In this document: piece by piece, positions 1 to 11,645 of the stretch
How positions within the stretch are numbered: the stretch's first letter is position 1
Layout: each line of letters starts with the position of its first letter
Source of the DNA: an uncultured Nitrososphaeraceae archaeon
GTDB taxonomy: Archaea; Thermoproteota; Nitrososphaeria; Nitrososphaerales; Nitrososphaeraceae
Length of the DNA: 64,000 bases
Direction of reading: 5' to 3'
Assembly: GCA_963825865.1 (NCBI GenBank)
Contig: CAWGVG010000044.1
Span: 1 to 64,000 of the forward strand
Notes under the pieces: generated by a model
Seen by the model: only the letters and a program-made list of their open reading frames with translations
Told to the model about the DNA's origin: nothing
Database searches by the model: none
Position numbers and translations under genes: made by a program

Positions 1-142
1 GCATAGATAATCTTTCTTTTTTATTAAAAACAGAATAACATAACCCGCGCTAGAACAGCCATGCTACCATTTAGGATATCAGACAATATGCTAAATGCTT
101 GTTCCAACTCTATCCTTCTCTTTTTAGGAGAATCTATAGCAT

Positions 143-1192
143 CTATTCTTCTAATTTATCAAGATTGAATTCAGCGTGACGATAGGATCGCATAGTAGCT
201 GCTTCTTTACTTGAACGCCAAGCTTTTGGATAGGTACTAGGTTTCATGATTATTCGTTTCATGTAAAAAGCTAGACCATTAACATTATGTTCAATCTCAT
301 CTTTGGTCATTGCTGCCTTCTGCCAGTCCAACTATTTCTCCTTTTAAGGTATATATACCAACAAGTTCACCTATTTTCAAATTTTTTGGGATTGCGACTA
401 TTCCAGGTACCGCCAGTTGGGCGCCATGACACAACGCATCAACTGCTGTATCGCGTATCATGACGCCCCGTATTCCTTCTAGACAATGTTCAATGGGTTT
501 TATCAATCTACGGAGCTTTTTATCATCATCTTTTATTTTATATAGTTGAAACGCATCTGCTAGATCATGTAACTTTGTTAAGCTATCTTCTTCCTCCGAT
601 AGATTACTTACTCTTGTTCTACGAAGCTCTATCATTGTAGCTCCAGGACCTAAAACTTCACCAATATCATAGATTATTTTTCGTATATACGTGCCAGCTT
701 GACACAGAATTCGCATCAATAAAAGGCGGTCATATCGTTCAGTGTTTTCAAATTCATATATGGTTCGAATACGAGTTGCCCTTTTTACAGATGATCGTTG
801 CGGTGGCTTCTGGTATATATCTCCAGTAAATTCTTTAATCACCGACCTAATTCTTTCATCAGCAACATGAGCATGTATTCGTGCCAACGCATAGTATCCT
901 TCGGACCAAGTAGCAATACTGAAAGCGCCTTAGTGCCTTCTCCAAGTCCCATTGGTAGCAGTCCTGTAGCACCCGGATCTAAAGTACCACTATGTCCCGC
1001 TTTTTCGATCTCCAATATCTTTTTCACCCACGCTACTACTTCATGACTGGTAGGGCCTCCAGGTTTATCAATTAAAACAAGCCCATAATCAAGTAATGAT
1101 CCTATCGGTCTTTTATCAGGATAATGGCCGTAACTCTCAGCGGTAATATCATCATCTACCTTTACGAGGTTTTGTAATTGTGGAAACGTCAA
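143..1192 (-). CDS. cbf5: Cbf5/TruB-family pseudouridine synthase (split into 3 ORFs by apparent sequencing indels)
   Basis: IDKPGGPTSHEV, GHSGTLDP (catalytic Asp), CQAGTYIR, ELRRTR, C-terminal PUA (DALCHGAQLAVPG). Confidence 0.95.
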
Positions 1193-1219
1193 GTGTATTA
1201 TTATAACTCCTATTAATTA

Positions 1220-1801
1220 CTAAACTACAAGATATTTTATCATACTCTTGGATATATCAACTAACGAATTTAGATCCAGCAAATCAGTATTAAGAGCAAA
1301 GTCAAAAACAGTAAGATCCTCACCAAAGTTGAATCCATATAACTTGTGATAGATTTTTTTATTTTCTTCATCCCTTAATTTAACAATCTTTTTTGCTTCT
1401 AAGAAACTTATATTGTCTCGACTGGCCATCCTTCTTGCTCTGTTATCTAGAGATCCCTTAAGCCAAAATTTAATTGGATCATGTACTAGCCACGGAAGGG
1501 TATAACTAGTAATCACAGCTCTCCCTATTTTTACTATTTCAACGAGCTTTTGATCTACTTCCTTATCAAAATATGAATTTAATTTTCTCTCAGCCATGAA
1601 TTTTTTTGCTTGTTCTGTATCCCACCAGTCTTTCCCCGAAATTGAATATCCTTTATCACCTGCAAGCATTTTCAAAATATCACCTCCATTGTATATTTTG
1701 AAACCAAACTCTCGTGCAATCTCTGCGGCTATAGTTGTCTTTCCTACAGCAGGCCAGCCAGAAACGATTATGCTGACTTTTTTATTTTTACTCAACTCCA
1801 A
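1220..1801 (-). CDS. cmk: Cytidylate kinase
   Basis: P-loop GWPAVGKTT; conserved position between adk and cbf5. Confidence 0.88.
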   Translation of the reverse strand: MELSKNKKVSIIVSGWPAVGKTTIAAEIAREFGFKIYNGGDILKMLAGDKGYSISGKDWWDTEQAKKFMAERKLNSYFDKEVDQKLVEIVKIGRAVITSYTLPWLVHDPIKFWLKGSLDNRARRMASRDNISFLEAKKIVKLRDEENKKIYHKLYGFNFGEDLTVFDFALNTDLLDLNSLVDISKSMIKYLVV

Positions 1802-1808
1802 GTTAAAC

Positions 1809-2417
1809 TCACATCATATTCCCCCCTGTCAGCACTCTAACTATATTTAACGCTGCCTCATTAATTTTGTTCTCGTTATTCATAATAATCATAAAAGGAG
1901 ACCCTGTTAAAATAGAACAAGACGCAACCATTACTTTTGAAATATCGAGTTCACTTTGAACATCTTTAGCAGAAATAATATCCCTGTGACGTGATATATC
2001 ACTTTTTCTTCTATTAACTATTTCTTCAGGTTCTGCAACAACCATAACAATATGTGTTGGTTTTATAATATTGAGCAAACGCATTGGAAGGCCTGGATAA
2101 TATCCTTCTATAGTATTGATAAAAATATGAGTGTCGACAATCACAATCTTATCTTTCAATTCTGCGATTCTTTTCGCAGCCATATCCTGTAGATGCCGCT
2201 GAATTTCGATAGATAACTTACGCAATTCATCCCTATCATTCACACCCATTTTCTTGGCTTCTTCAAACATTGCAGTTCCGAACACTACAACAGCTGTTTT
2301 ATATCCTTTCTGATTTAACACTTCAGCTGCTTGGGAAATTACGCTAGTTTTTCCTACACCGGGTATTCCAACTATTATTACACGCTTATTACTATTATTA
2401 TTATAATTTTCTGCCAA
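1809..2417 (-). CDS. adkA: Archaeal adenylate kinase
   Basis: GIPGVGKT, DRDELRKL, DTH, GYYPGLP; TTG start at 2417 overlapping the secY end. Confidence 0.92.
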   Translation of the reverse strand: MAENYNNNSNKRVIIVGIPGVGKTSVISQAAEVLNQKGYKTAVVVFGTAMFEEAKKMGVNDRDELRKLSIEIQRHLQDMAAKRIAELKDKIVIVDTHIFINTIEGYYPGLPMRLLNIIKPTHIVMVVAEPEEIVNRRKSDISRHRDIISAKDVQSELDISKVMVASCSILTGSPFMIIMNNENKINEAALNIVRVLTGGNMM

Positions 2418-3833
2418 GAAAGCCGCCAGTTTGGGCATATGTGTGTCCATCTGCTCCTTAATGAGCAAGTTGTAATAATTTACTAGAATATCGACCATTA
2501 ATAGAATTCCAATTCCAGAGCCAAAAACATTCAGCACATCGGATGCCGATGCCAAGAGACCTATGATAATTGCTCCCAAAATTGTCACTGACGGAATATA
2601 CTTGTTGAGCAAAACTTCTACTGAGCCTTCCGAACGTCTAAAACCAGGTACTTGTAAGTCTGCATCCAACAAGTTCTTGGCTGCCAGACTTTGCAGATAA
2701 ACCACCTAGCTCGACCCACAACCTGCCGAAAATTGTTACAATGGTAGTCAGGAATACGACGTAAGCCACAGCTCTAGCAGGGTCTTGTGCAGCGGCATCG
2801 AGACTTCTTGGTGAAGTAATATAATAGAGTATGCCACCAGTTGGAGTTTGGGGTCTACCAGGATCGAACTGAGCCAACCAGTTAAAGACAGGATTTTCAT
2901 TTTGAGGATTGTAGTTAGCCCATAACATCTGTCCCATAAATACGGCATTAGCAAGCAGCGCAGATGACAAAATTACCGGAATGTTGGATGTATACAATAG
3001 TTTGATAGGGTATACAGCAGTAAATCCCCTATACTTTGTCGATACAATTGGTATATCTATATGAATACCCTGCGTGTATACCAGTATCAATAGCACTATA
3101 GAAGTTATTATTAGACCAAATATGCTTGGAAGCTGGCCTGATCTAAATAATGTATCCCCAATATGACCATTTGCAACAGAGTTAATGACGAAAGGAAAAA
3201 TGCCAACTGGACCGTCTTGAGCAGGTAACGGGCTAAATATAGCCCACAGTATCCCTTGTGCCACGCCTGCCATGATAAAGAGACTAATACCAGAACCCAA
3301 ACCCCAACCTTTTTGAACCAATTCGTCTAGCAACATAACGATAATACTGGATCCAACTAACTGGCCAATTAGAATCGGTATGAACTCAGGTCTTGCTACC
3401 AAATGACCATAAACACTCGTTCCATAAAGTGATCCTTCTGCTATAATTACAATAATCGTTACTATTTTGGTAGCTGATGTAAATAATGACCTATCATCAG
3501 GATTCTTGAAATTAAGTTTAAGGAGATCAGAACCTTTGAGCAACTGCATAAGCAATCCAGCTGTAACTATCGGTCCGATGCCGAGTTCTAACAAGGTGCC
3601 TTGTTGTGCTGAAAAATAACTCTAGCAAATGCGAGAAAATCGAACTTTGGATCACTAGTAACACCGTAAAGTGGAATTTGACCCATAATCAAATACGCAA
3701 AGAGAGCAATCCCACTCCAAACAAATTTCTCGGTAAGAGTTATTTTCTTTTTTGGCTTCTCAACTTGAGGGATATACCTAGATACGGTTTTTATGACTCG
3801 TCTTATTGGACTCTCATTCTCTATTGTACTCAT
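2401..3833 (-). CDS. secY: Protein translocase subunit SecY (frameshifted)
   Basis: ELGIGPIVTAGLLMQLL, KGWGLGSGISLFI, PIKLLYTSNIPVI, QVPGFR, GSGIGILL across three ORFs. Confidence 0.96.
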
Positions 3834-4252
3834 TAGGACAATACCTCGCCACCGGCTGACTCGATTTTTTCCTTAGCAGTATTTGATACCTTGGCTACTT
3901 TAACTGTAAAAGCGCGCGCAAGTTTTCCACCCCCCAATAATTTATCGTAGCCCAATAAGGTTAGATCCAAAATAAATTTGCCATCTTCCTCAGCTCTTCC
4001 ATATTTATCAAAAACGGAATCCATGTCTCGGATGTTGATCCACCTCTGGACTAGATTGCGATTAAAGGAATTGAAAGGGTCATGACCGAAGTGATCGGGT
4101 TCTTCAATCACAGTCCGGATCCAAAAGTGTTTATGTTTTCCGGCTCCTCCAATACCACCGCGGGCCCCAGCTTGCCTATGTTGACCAACCTGCCCCCAGC
4201 CACAATATCGGCTGCCTCTTTGTCTTCTACTTTTTCTAAATCTAGTAGCCAT
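3833..4252 (-). CDS. rpl15: 50S ribosomal protein uL15
   Basis: RKSRRQRGSRYCGWG, GYDKLLGGG, AKEKIESAGG. Confidence 0.95.
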   Translation of the reverse strand: MATRFRKSRRQRGSRYCGWGQVGQHRQAGARGGIGGAGKHKHFWIRTVIEEPDHFGHDPFNSFNRNLVQRWINIRDMDSVFDKYGRAEEDGKFILDLTLLGYDKLLGGGKLARAFTVKVAKVSNTAKEKIESAGGEVLS

Positions 4253-4338
4253 AATTATTAATGCATCCTCCTTTTTCAATTAGGTTTGAAACGTGTTTTA
4301 AATTCATGATATCACCTTAAATAAGTCTTTTGCTGCAT

Positions 4339-4797
4339 TCATAGCATTCTCTCTACAAGGCCAATTAGCTCTTTATTTTCTCCAAGTACGCCTTTTTGAG
4401 TATACTGGGTTTTTGTTTTTCTTTTAAATCCATGACGGGGCGGATCTAACGCAAACCACGGTTTGATGTTTTTTACTTTAGAGATTGTTATTTTATTCTC
4501 CGCGATAGCTAATGCAAGCTCATCAATACTCTTGTATTCTTTTGGCAGATCAGAATTTGTAATATGCTTAAAGCCATTCTTTCTTCCTTTCTTTTCCAAC
4601 AACTCTTTGACGGCATTGGCATCAACAGAGGTCCAGGCAACTATTTCCTTTATTTTTCTTAACATACCCAATGATTGCGGATTTTCTGCTATGATTGTTG
4701 CTCGGAATCTCTTATCAAGATTCAAATTATCCAACGTTGTTTTTGCCCAATATGGAATGTTTACCGTTCCCCTAATTCTAACTACCAAATATGCCAT
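4339..4797 (-). CDS. rpl30: 50S ribosomal protein uL30
   Basis: YLVVRIRG, FALDPPRHGFK; operon position. Confidence 0.95.
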   Translation of the reverse strand: MAYLVVRIRGTVNIPYWAKTTLDNLNLDKRFRATIIAENPQSLGMLRKIKEIVAWTSVDANAVKELLEKKGRKNGFKHITNSDLPKEYKSIDELALAIAENKITISKVKNIKPWFALDPPRHGFKRKTKTQYTQKGVLGENKELIGLVERML

Positions 4798-4806
4798 AAC
4801 TAATCA

Positions 4807-5427
4807 TCAACCAGTAATGTAGGTGCTTCTAAGAGCATTAAAAATTGCCTTTGTTGTAGATGACATTGTGCTAGTTGATCCAAATGATTTTGTCCATGCG
4901 TCCTTTAAGCCTGAAAGTTTAAGAAGGCTCTTGATGTTTTCTCCAGCAACCAAACCTAAACCGCGAGGACCCGGAATGATTTCAATGGTTACACTGCCTT
5001 CCTTTCCTCGAACTTTGAATGGAACAGAGTGAAGCTGATTACATCTGCATTCCCAACTTCCACAACCCAACTTTACAGGAATGACCTCAAGATACGCTGC
5101 GGTGGTAGCTTTGTCAATAGCAATACGCATTTGTGATGCTTTACCCATCCCCATCCCAAACCATCCTCCTTCGTTTCCTACCGCAACTAGAGCAAGAAAA
5201 CGGGTCATTTCACCAGCATCAGTCTGTTTTTGAACAATACCCACATGGACGACCTGACTTTTTATATCCGGAAGTAACTGCTTAACAATTTCAAACTCTT
5301 GTATTCTCATACCATTTTCATAGACTTGATCCATCGAATTAATTTTGCCACTAGCGACCATCATACCGAGAGTTGTACGTGGTTTCCATTCTATGTGTTG
5401 TTCTTGACGCCTAGAGAATCGGCTCAT
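4807..5427 (-). CDS. rps5: 30S ribosomal protein uS5
   Basis: WKPRTTLG, VQKQTDAGE, GCGSWEC, PGPRGLGLV. Confidence 0.97.
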   Translation of the reverse strand: MSRFSRRQEQHIEWKPRTTLGMMVASGKINSMDQVYENGMRIQEFEIVKQLLPDIKSQVVHVGIVQKQTDAGEMTRFLALVAVGNEGGWFGMGMGKASQMRIAIDKATTAAYLEVIPVKLGCGSWECRCNQLHSVPFKVRGKEGSVTIEIIPGPRGLGLVAGENIKSLLKLSGLKDAWTKSFGSTSTMSSTTKAIFNALRSTYITG

Positions 5428-5436
5428 TTTTACTTG

Positions 5437-6142
5437 TTACCTACCTTTAACAGAAGTCTCCGTTTCTCCCTTAATCTCTTTTATATTGCCTTTTCCTTTA
5501 TTGGGGTCTCTTTTACGCAATACTTCTTTTTCATTAGTTTGTTTCTCTAATTCTTCCTTTTTTGTCATATCGTTTCCAGAAATCTGCATTTTAATCTTTT
5601 CGAAGTGCAATTGATAATCTTCAGGCTTCAGGCCACCTTTTAAAAGCAGAGAGAATCTTGTATTATAATTTTCTTGATCTTCCTTCAGGATTTTAGCATA
5701 TTTAGCGATATGTTCACCGCTTATGCGATCATCTCCGGGTAGAGATTTATCAGAAACTGGTACATTAACTCCAGCCGCAACTATTCCTTTCAAACATGCT
5801 GCCTATTCTTGTTGTAAATGGATCCTTTCCAGTATACAAGATTGCAGTATCAGTTCCATTTTCTATAGATTTTTTACCCACAAGTAGACCAGTCAGATAA
5901 CATGCAGGTAAACTGTTCATCGAACCTTTCCAACCATAATTTTTAAGTTCTCTACTGTGAACAGAAGATATTACGACATCTCCACTTCTAGTAGCTTTCA
6001 AAACCTGAGATGTGACGTTCTGGTCACTGATTTTGACTGTTATAAAAGGGCTTCTGCTGATAAGTAGTGCAGCTCGTTTTCGATAATTGGTTTTATGTTG
6101 TCTATTTCTTTTAAGAGTGGGACTATAAATCATGATTAACAT
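5437..6142 (-). CDS. rpl18: 50S ribosomal protein uL18 with charged C-terminal extension (one frameshift at ~5803)
   Basis: KTNYRKRAALL, PACYLTGLL, RISGEHIAKYA. Confidence 0.93.
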
Positions 6143-6229
6143 TCACCATTTTATTTTCATCAATTAAAAGGCAAACAATAGAAAGCACTTATAAACGTTT
6201 TAACATTTTTCGTTCTATCGATTTTTACT

Positions 6230-7049
6230 CTATATTTCGATTTTGATGTTATTATTGGAACGTTCAAAATCCTTTCTTGCCATCCTATTAGCTATTGACG
6301 CAGCAAAAGCACCAGCACCAATACCATTATCAATATTCACTACAGCTAGACCGAACGTACAACTCTGAAGCATGGATGCAAGAGGCAGCAATACCATCAG
6401 ACCCAAATCCATAACCTACAGATGTAGGAACGCCAATGACAGGAATATTGACCATAGAAGATACAACAGATGCAAGAGCGCCTTCCATCCCTGCCACAAC
6501 AACTATTGCATCAACATTTTCGTTTATCATCTCTCTTATAGCAGGAAATAGTCTGTGTATCCCTGCAATTCCAACATCATAATTTAGGATTGCTTCACAA
6601 CCCATTGCCTTTGCAACTAATCGAGCCTCTTCTGCAATACCTATATCTGATGTCCCAGCGGAGAGAATACCTATTTTTGCACCAGTTTTTTTCCAGGAAT
6701 GAGAGCTATCAAAGACTAAAATCGTTGTACTCCTTTTTCCAATTTCTAGATCGAGGTTTCTTTTTTTTAGTGATGTACAAAGTTTAAAAAGTTCTTCTTT
6801 CTGAATTTTGCTAACTACTACCTGTCCTCTTCTCTTTACTGTAGACAGCACTATTTGAAAAATATCGCGATGTTCTTTTCCCTTTGCAAAAATAACTTCA
6901 GGCACTTCCTTTCGAATTTCTCTGCCAACATCTAACCGTGCAAGGTTATCTCCAACATATTCTATAGAGTAGATCGAAAGCTGTCTTTGGGCTTCATCTA
7001 GAGTAAGCTGGCCCTGAGCAAATTTCTCCAAAATACTCTTTAAATCCAT
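6230..7049 (-). CDS. larB: Nickel-pincer cofactor biosynthesis carboxylase/hydrolase LarB (frameshift at ~6384)
   Basis: PEVIFAKGK, AGTSD, DVGIAGIHRL, AGMEGAL, VPTSVGYG, MLQSC..G..VVNIDNG. Confidence 0.93.
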
Positions 7050-7090
7050 TCACCATTAATGGTAAAACAAAAAAGATAAAAGCTTTATTA

Positions 7091-8005
7091 TTATAACGGG
7101 AGCCCATTTATCGCGTCTTTTACGCTGTTTATACCTTTGTTGAAAATGTCTTGTTCAGATTTATCAAGATTGAGCTCGATTATTTTCTCCACACCATTTG
7201 CACCTATTATACAGGGGACACCTATGCAGACATCATCGGTGCCATATTCACCCTCCAGTAAAGTTGATACCGGAATGACAGACTTTTTGTCTTTAATTAT
7301 TGCTTCGATGATTGTTGCTACAGCATTACCTGGAGCAAAAACAGTGGCACCCTTTGTTGCGATAACTTCAGCTACGGCGTTCTTGGTATTTTCAAATATT
7401 TCTCTTGCCTTTTCTTTTGAAATAAATTCGTTAAGTGGGATACCACCAATACTTGAAAATCTAATTAAAGGTAGCATGTTCTCGCCATGTTCACTGATGA
7501 CCATTGCCTGAATTGAATCCCTAGATACCTTCGTAACATCTTGAATAAAGTTTTTGAACCTGGACAGGTCGAGCATCCCCCCCATACCCATAATGCTTTT
7601 TTTTTCAATCCCTGTTGTTTTCAAAGTAAGGTAAGTCATTGGGTCTAGAGGGTTTGTTACAACAATTAATTTAGAATTCTTAGCATAGGTAGCAATTTTT
7701 GAGGCAACGTCTTTTACGATATTAGCATTTACCTTTAAAAGATCCATTCTAGTCATTCCCGGTTTTCTTCCAATACCAGCCGCTAGCACTACAAAGTCAG
7801 AATCTCTCATTTCTTCATAGTCATTTGAACCATGTGCGAAACTATCCAATCCTCTTTCGGCTAACTGGTGATTGATATCCATGGCTTCTCCTTGAGGAAG
7901 TCCTTGAATAACATCAAGAAGTAATAAATCGTCCAATTCTCTAAGGCCACAGTTTAAGGCTGCAGACGCACCAACCCTACCTGAGCCTATAATAGTAATA
8001 GTCAT
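7091..8005 (-). CDS. mdh: Malate dehydrogenase (LDH-like)
   Basis: GSGRVG, GRKPGMTRMDL, VTNPLD, LDLSR, EHGE. Confidence 0.95.
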   Translation of the reverse strand: MTITIIGSGRVGASAALNCGLRELDDLLLLDVIQGLPQGEAMDINHQLAERGLDSFAHGSNDYEEMRDSDFVVLAAGIGRKPGMTRMDLLKVNANIVKDVASKIATYAKNSKLIVVTNPLDPMTYLTLKTTGIEKKSIMGMGGMLDLSRFKNFIQDVTKVSRDSIQAMVISEHGENMLPLIRFSSIGGIPLNEFISKEKAREIFENTKNAVAEVIATKGATVFAPGNAVATIIEAIIKDKKSVIPVSTLLEGEYGTDDVCIGVPCIIGANGVEKIIELNLDKSEQDIFNKGINSVKDAINGLPL

Positions 8006-8028
8006 TTAAAAATTGACATGGCTCTATT

Positions 8029-8040
8029 ACATATAAGTTT
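8029..8040 (-). promoter_or_regulatory. TATA-box-like element upstream of mdh
   Basis: Minus strand AAACTTATATGT about 25 nt upstream of the ATG at 8005, typical archaeal leaderless spacing. Confidence 0.5.
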
Positions 8041-8430
8041 GCAAGTTGACGGGAGTCAATACTCAAGCGACATATCAGTTTTCTCCCAATCTTTTCTCTT
8101 TCTCAATCCATCTTTCAAATACAAACAAGAAAAAAAATGCTATAGATTTTAATTGATAATATAGAAAAACTTTATCAAATTCCAACCGAATGTCGATGTT
8201 GATAACAGAAGAGATCTTCATATCAGATAATTGGCAAAAGTAGTATTGTGATAAAGAAGATATATTGTAAATATACTAAGAGGAAATCTTATGACTTATG
8301 TTCCATATGGGATGCTAATATCGGCAATGAGAATAAAGATCGGATTAATCACTACTTGATATACTGATACAAGTAGAAGTATCATGAAGCAAATATTATA
8401 TTGATACATTGAGAACCATTTTATATACAT

Positions 8431-9678
8431 ATGGCAAGAATTGCAATAATTGACTCTCAGATTACCGGCATCTCAGGCGACATGTTACTCTCAAGCCTGA
8501 TAGATGCAGGTGCAAACAAAGACAAAGTTATCAATGCTATCCTTTCTTGTCAAAATTTCCTTAAAGGCAGTAAGATCATAGGCGCAGCTTTTGTCAAAAC
8601 TATATCTCACGGCTTCAGTGCTATGGAATTTCAATTCAATTACAAAGATAGTTATTATGACCGCAGAGGAATGGACATGTATAGATCCCTCGCATCATGT
8701 TGTGATTCTCTCGACTTGGAACAACGTGCAAAGACATTCGCATTAGAGTCACTGAAGACAGTTATTGTAGCAGAGGCTCTTATTCACGGGGAAGAGATTA
8801 GTACAGTTCATTTACATGAGGCTTCAGGATTAGATACTTTTGCAGATCTTGTTGGCTGTGCAATGGCCCTACAAGATCTCAATCTTTTTGAATGTCGAAT
8901 ATTTTCAACCCAAGTCGCTATAGGAGGCGGATTCATAAAATTTTCGCATGGAATTATTCCTAATCCAAGCAATATGATCTTAGAAATTTTTAGGAATAAA
9001 ACATTTACTCTTGTCGGAGGGCATGTAGACGAAGAAGTAACTACTCCAACAGGTGCTGCAATGCTTGTTAATTTAACCTCTGAAACTATCAATTATTATC
9101 CTAGTTTCACTCCAGAAAAAATTGGTTATGGTGCTGGACAAAAAAAATTCAAAGACATAGCTAATATATCGAGATTGATAATAGGCAAATCATCTTTACT
9201 TATTAAAGCAAACACAGATACAACATATATAATAGAAACAAACATTGATGATATTTCTGGCGAAATCATTGGAAACTTGATAGAGCTATTGACTGAGGCA
9301 GGTGCAAAAGATGTAACAGCAATACCAGGAATATCGAAGAAAAATAGACCAACTCATCTCATTAGAGTCATATCTGATCAAACTCAGATGAACAGTATCT
9401 TAGAGATGCTTTTTAGAGAATCTGGTTCAACAGGCATGCGAGTTCAAGAGATTCAGCGCTTTATTCTACCGAGGAGTATTGTTATGGTTCCCATCAATAT
9501 TCGCGACAAGAATTTTAATATCCATGTTAAGATTGCGAAGGATACAAGTGGTAAGACAATCAACATAAAACCTGAGTTTGAAGACATCAAGTTGATTGCT
9601 TCAAGAGTAGGAATATCAGTTAAGAGAGCAATGGAACTGGCAACTGCAGAAGTTGTACAGAGGTTGGGGAGAAGTTAA
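8431..9678 (+). CDS. larC: Nickel insertase LarC
   Basis: GISGDMLL, VHLHE, EVTTPTGAA, GYGAG, IETNIDD, KKNRP, KPEFED. Confidence 0.93.
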   Translation: MARIAIIDSQITGISGDMLLSSLIDAGANKDKVINAILSCQNFLKGSKIIGAAFVKTISHGFSAMEFQFNYKDSYYDRRGMDMYRSLASCCDSLDLEQRAKTFALESLKTVIVAEALIHGEEISTVHLHEASGLDTFADLVGCAMALQDLNLFECRIFSTQVAIGGGFIKFSHGIIPNPSNMILEIFRNKTFTLVGGHVDEEVTTPTGAAMLVNLTSETINYYPSFTPEKIGYGAGQKKFKDIANISRLIIGKSSLLIKANTDTTYIIETNIDDISGEIIGNLIELLTEAGAKDVTAIPGISKKNRPTHLIRVISDQTQMNSILEMLFRESGSTGMRVQEIQRFILPRSIVMVPINIRDKNFNIHVKIAKDTSGKTINIKPEFEDIKLIASRVGISVKRAMELATAEVVQRLGRS

Positions 9679-9681
9679 AAA

Positions 9682-10495
9682 GTGTCTAATAAAACTACCG
9701 AAAATTTTACTAAACTAGTAAATTGGTTCTTAAAAAATGGCGATAGGGTTATTGTTGCCCTGTCAGGTGGAGTGGACAGTGCAGTTGTCGCTTTAGCAGC
9801 GAAAAAGGCACTCGGCAATAATGCTTTGTGTATTACTGCTAATTATAAAACACTTTCCTATGAGGAATTGTCCTCGGCCAAGAAGATAGCAAATGAGATC
9901 CCAATCGAACACAAAGTAATTGAATACGACGAATTAGAAAATGCTGAATTTGTAAAGAATGATGAATGGCGTTGTTACCATTGCAGAAAGGAGCTTGGGC
10001 GAGCGACTTGTATTGGAAGCAAATAAATTTGGAATAAGTCTAATTGTCGATGGCACGAATACAGATGACCTGCATGACTATAGGCCAGGAATTCAGGCTC
10101 TAAGAGAAAACAACATTAGAAGTCCTATGATAGAGATAGGAATTGATAAATCCGAAATAAGAGCAATTGCACAGCAATTTGGTCTTTCGATATATGATAA
10201 ACCATCTAATGCGTGTCTTGCATCAAGAGTTCCGAGAGGTATACAAGTGACTTATGAAAAACTTAAAAAAATTGAAAAATCTGAAATTATAGTAAAGAGA
10301 TTATTTAACGTTAGACAAGTCAGAGTAAGGGACCACGGGGATGTCGCAAGGATTGAAGTGGGAAGAGAAGAGATTACCAAGTTATTTGATGTTGATAAAT
10401 TAGGCATACTTGACATTAAACTCAAGAAATTAGGTTTCAAATTTGTGTCAATTGATGCAACAGGATATCATACAGGAAACCTAATTACGATTTAA
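9682..10495 (+). CDS. larE: ATP-dependent sulfur insertase LarE (frameshift at ~9998)
   Basis: PP-loop ALSGGVDS, RCYHCRK, DGTN.DD..DYRPG, ACLASRVP, QVRVRDHG. Confidence 0.93.
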
Positions 10496-10930
10496 CAATA
10501 GAAGACAAGAAAAAGGCCAGTCAATGTCATTGTTGATTTATCTATAACCCAAAAATCACATGATATCGGATTGAAGCTTCGAGGTTTAGAGTCTATATCA
10601 TGGATGAGTTATTGAATGAAATAACTCTTTTGTTTGAAGAATGGTTCTAATTACACTAGATTTTTAATAATACATTTTATTTCATAGATATAAAAAATAA
10701 GGTTTGATAATAAAATCGAATGAATATGTCATATTGCAGACACATGTATACTAAAGAAACAAAAACCGTTGAATATTAAAGGGATCCTGTACCTATATTT
10801 ATTACAAGTGTAGAAAAGGAGGCTGATTGAACTGTTTTAAGTTTGTCAGACACAGTAAGAATGCTTGCTTTAAAACCATATATTTGACACTACCTAACGT
10901 ATTAATATTCTCAATTTCTCTATTCATTGT

Positions 10931-11429
10931 ATGTCTAACGCATCAGTTACATCAGTTCCAGACATAGGCGATAAAGCACCAGATTTTGAATTGCCAGACA
11001 TCAGTATGAAAATGCACAAGTTGAGTGAATACATAGGAAAGAAAATAGTACTTGCATTCTTTCCAGCTGCAGAATCTCCAGTTTGTAGTACAAGAAATGT
11101 GTACATTCAGAGATTCACTTGATGAATTAAAGGAGCATGGAGCTCAGGTAATAGGTATTTCAATCGATGGACCATTCGCAAACAAGATATTTACTGAAAA
11201 TCGTCATTTGAACTTTCCAATATTAAGCGACTATAAACATGAGGTAATAAACAGGTATGGAATTGTGATGAAAGATCTTGCTTCATTAAAAGATTATAAC
11301 GCAGCAAAACGTTCTATCTTCATAATTGATGGAAATGGAAAAGTTCAATATAGATGGGTATCAGACAACCCAATGATTGAACCCAATTATCAAGAGATCA
11401 AGCATGTAATTAAGAATTCGAAAAATTAG
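10931..11429 (+). CDS. Peroxiredoxin (AhpC/TSA, BCP-like), frameshift at ~11088
   Basis: GDKAPDFEL, FFPAAESPVC..EMC, GISID, LSD, KRSIFIID. Confidence 0.9.
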
Positions 11430-11645
11430 AAAAGTATAAAAAAAATATACTTTATTTTTTATTATTTTGTTCTGATGAATTGTAAGCATAGAACAGAATA
11501 ACTTTATCCTTCTATTCTATGCTATGTGTAAATACATTTGTATGGTATGAATATATTTAGCATAGATAAACATAGCGAGTTTTAGGTGCAAAAGTATTAG
11601 AAACTGTATGCAGCACGATAATAGTGCCAGAGAATATTTTGCTCT

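Noticed and set aside
1809-2705. Apparent SecY-adenylate kinase fusion in the ORF track
   Set aside because: One missing base near 2422-2428 restores a normal SecY end (..FLGRKL*, stop at 2401-2403), and adk has its own TTG at 2417.
8006-8430. Possible gene remnant between mdh and larC
   Set aside because: No convincing frame; consistent with a divergent promoter region.
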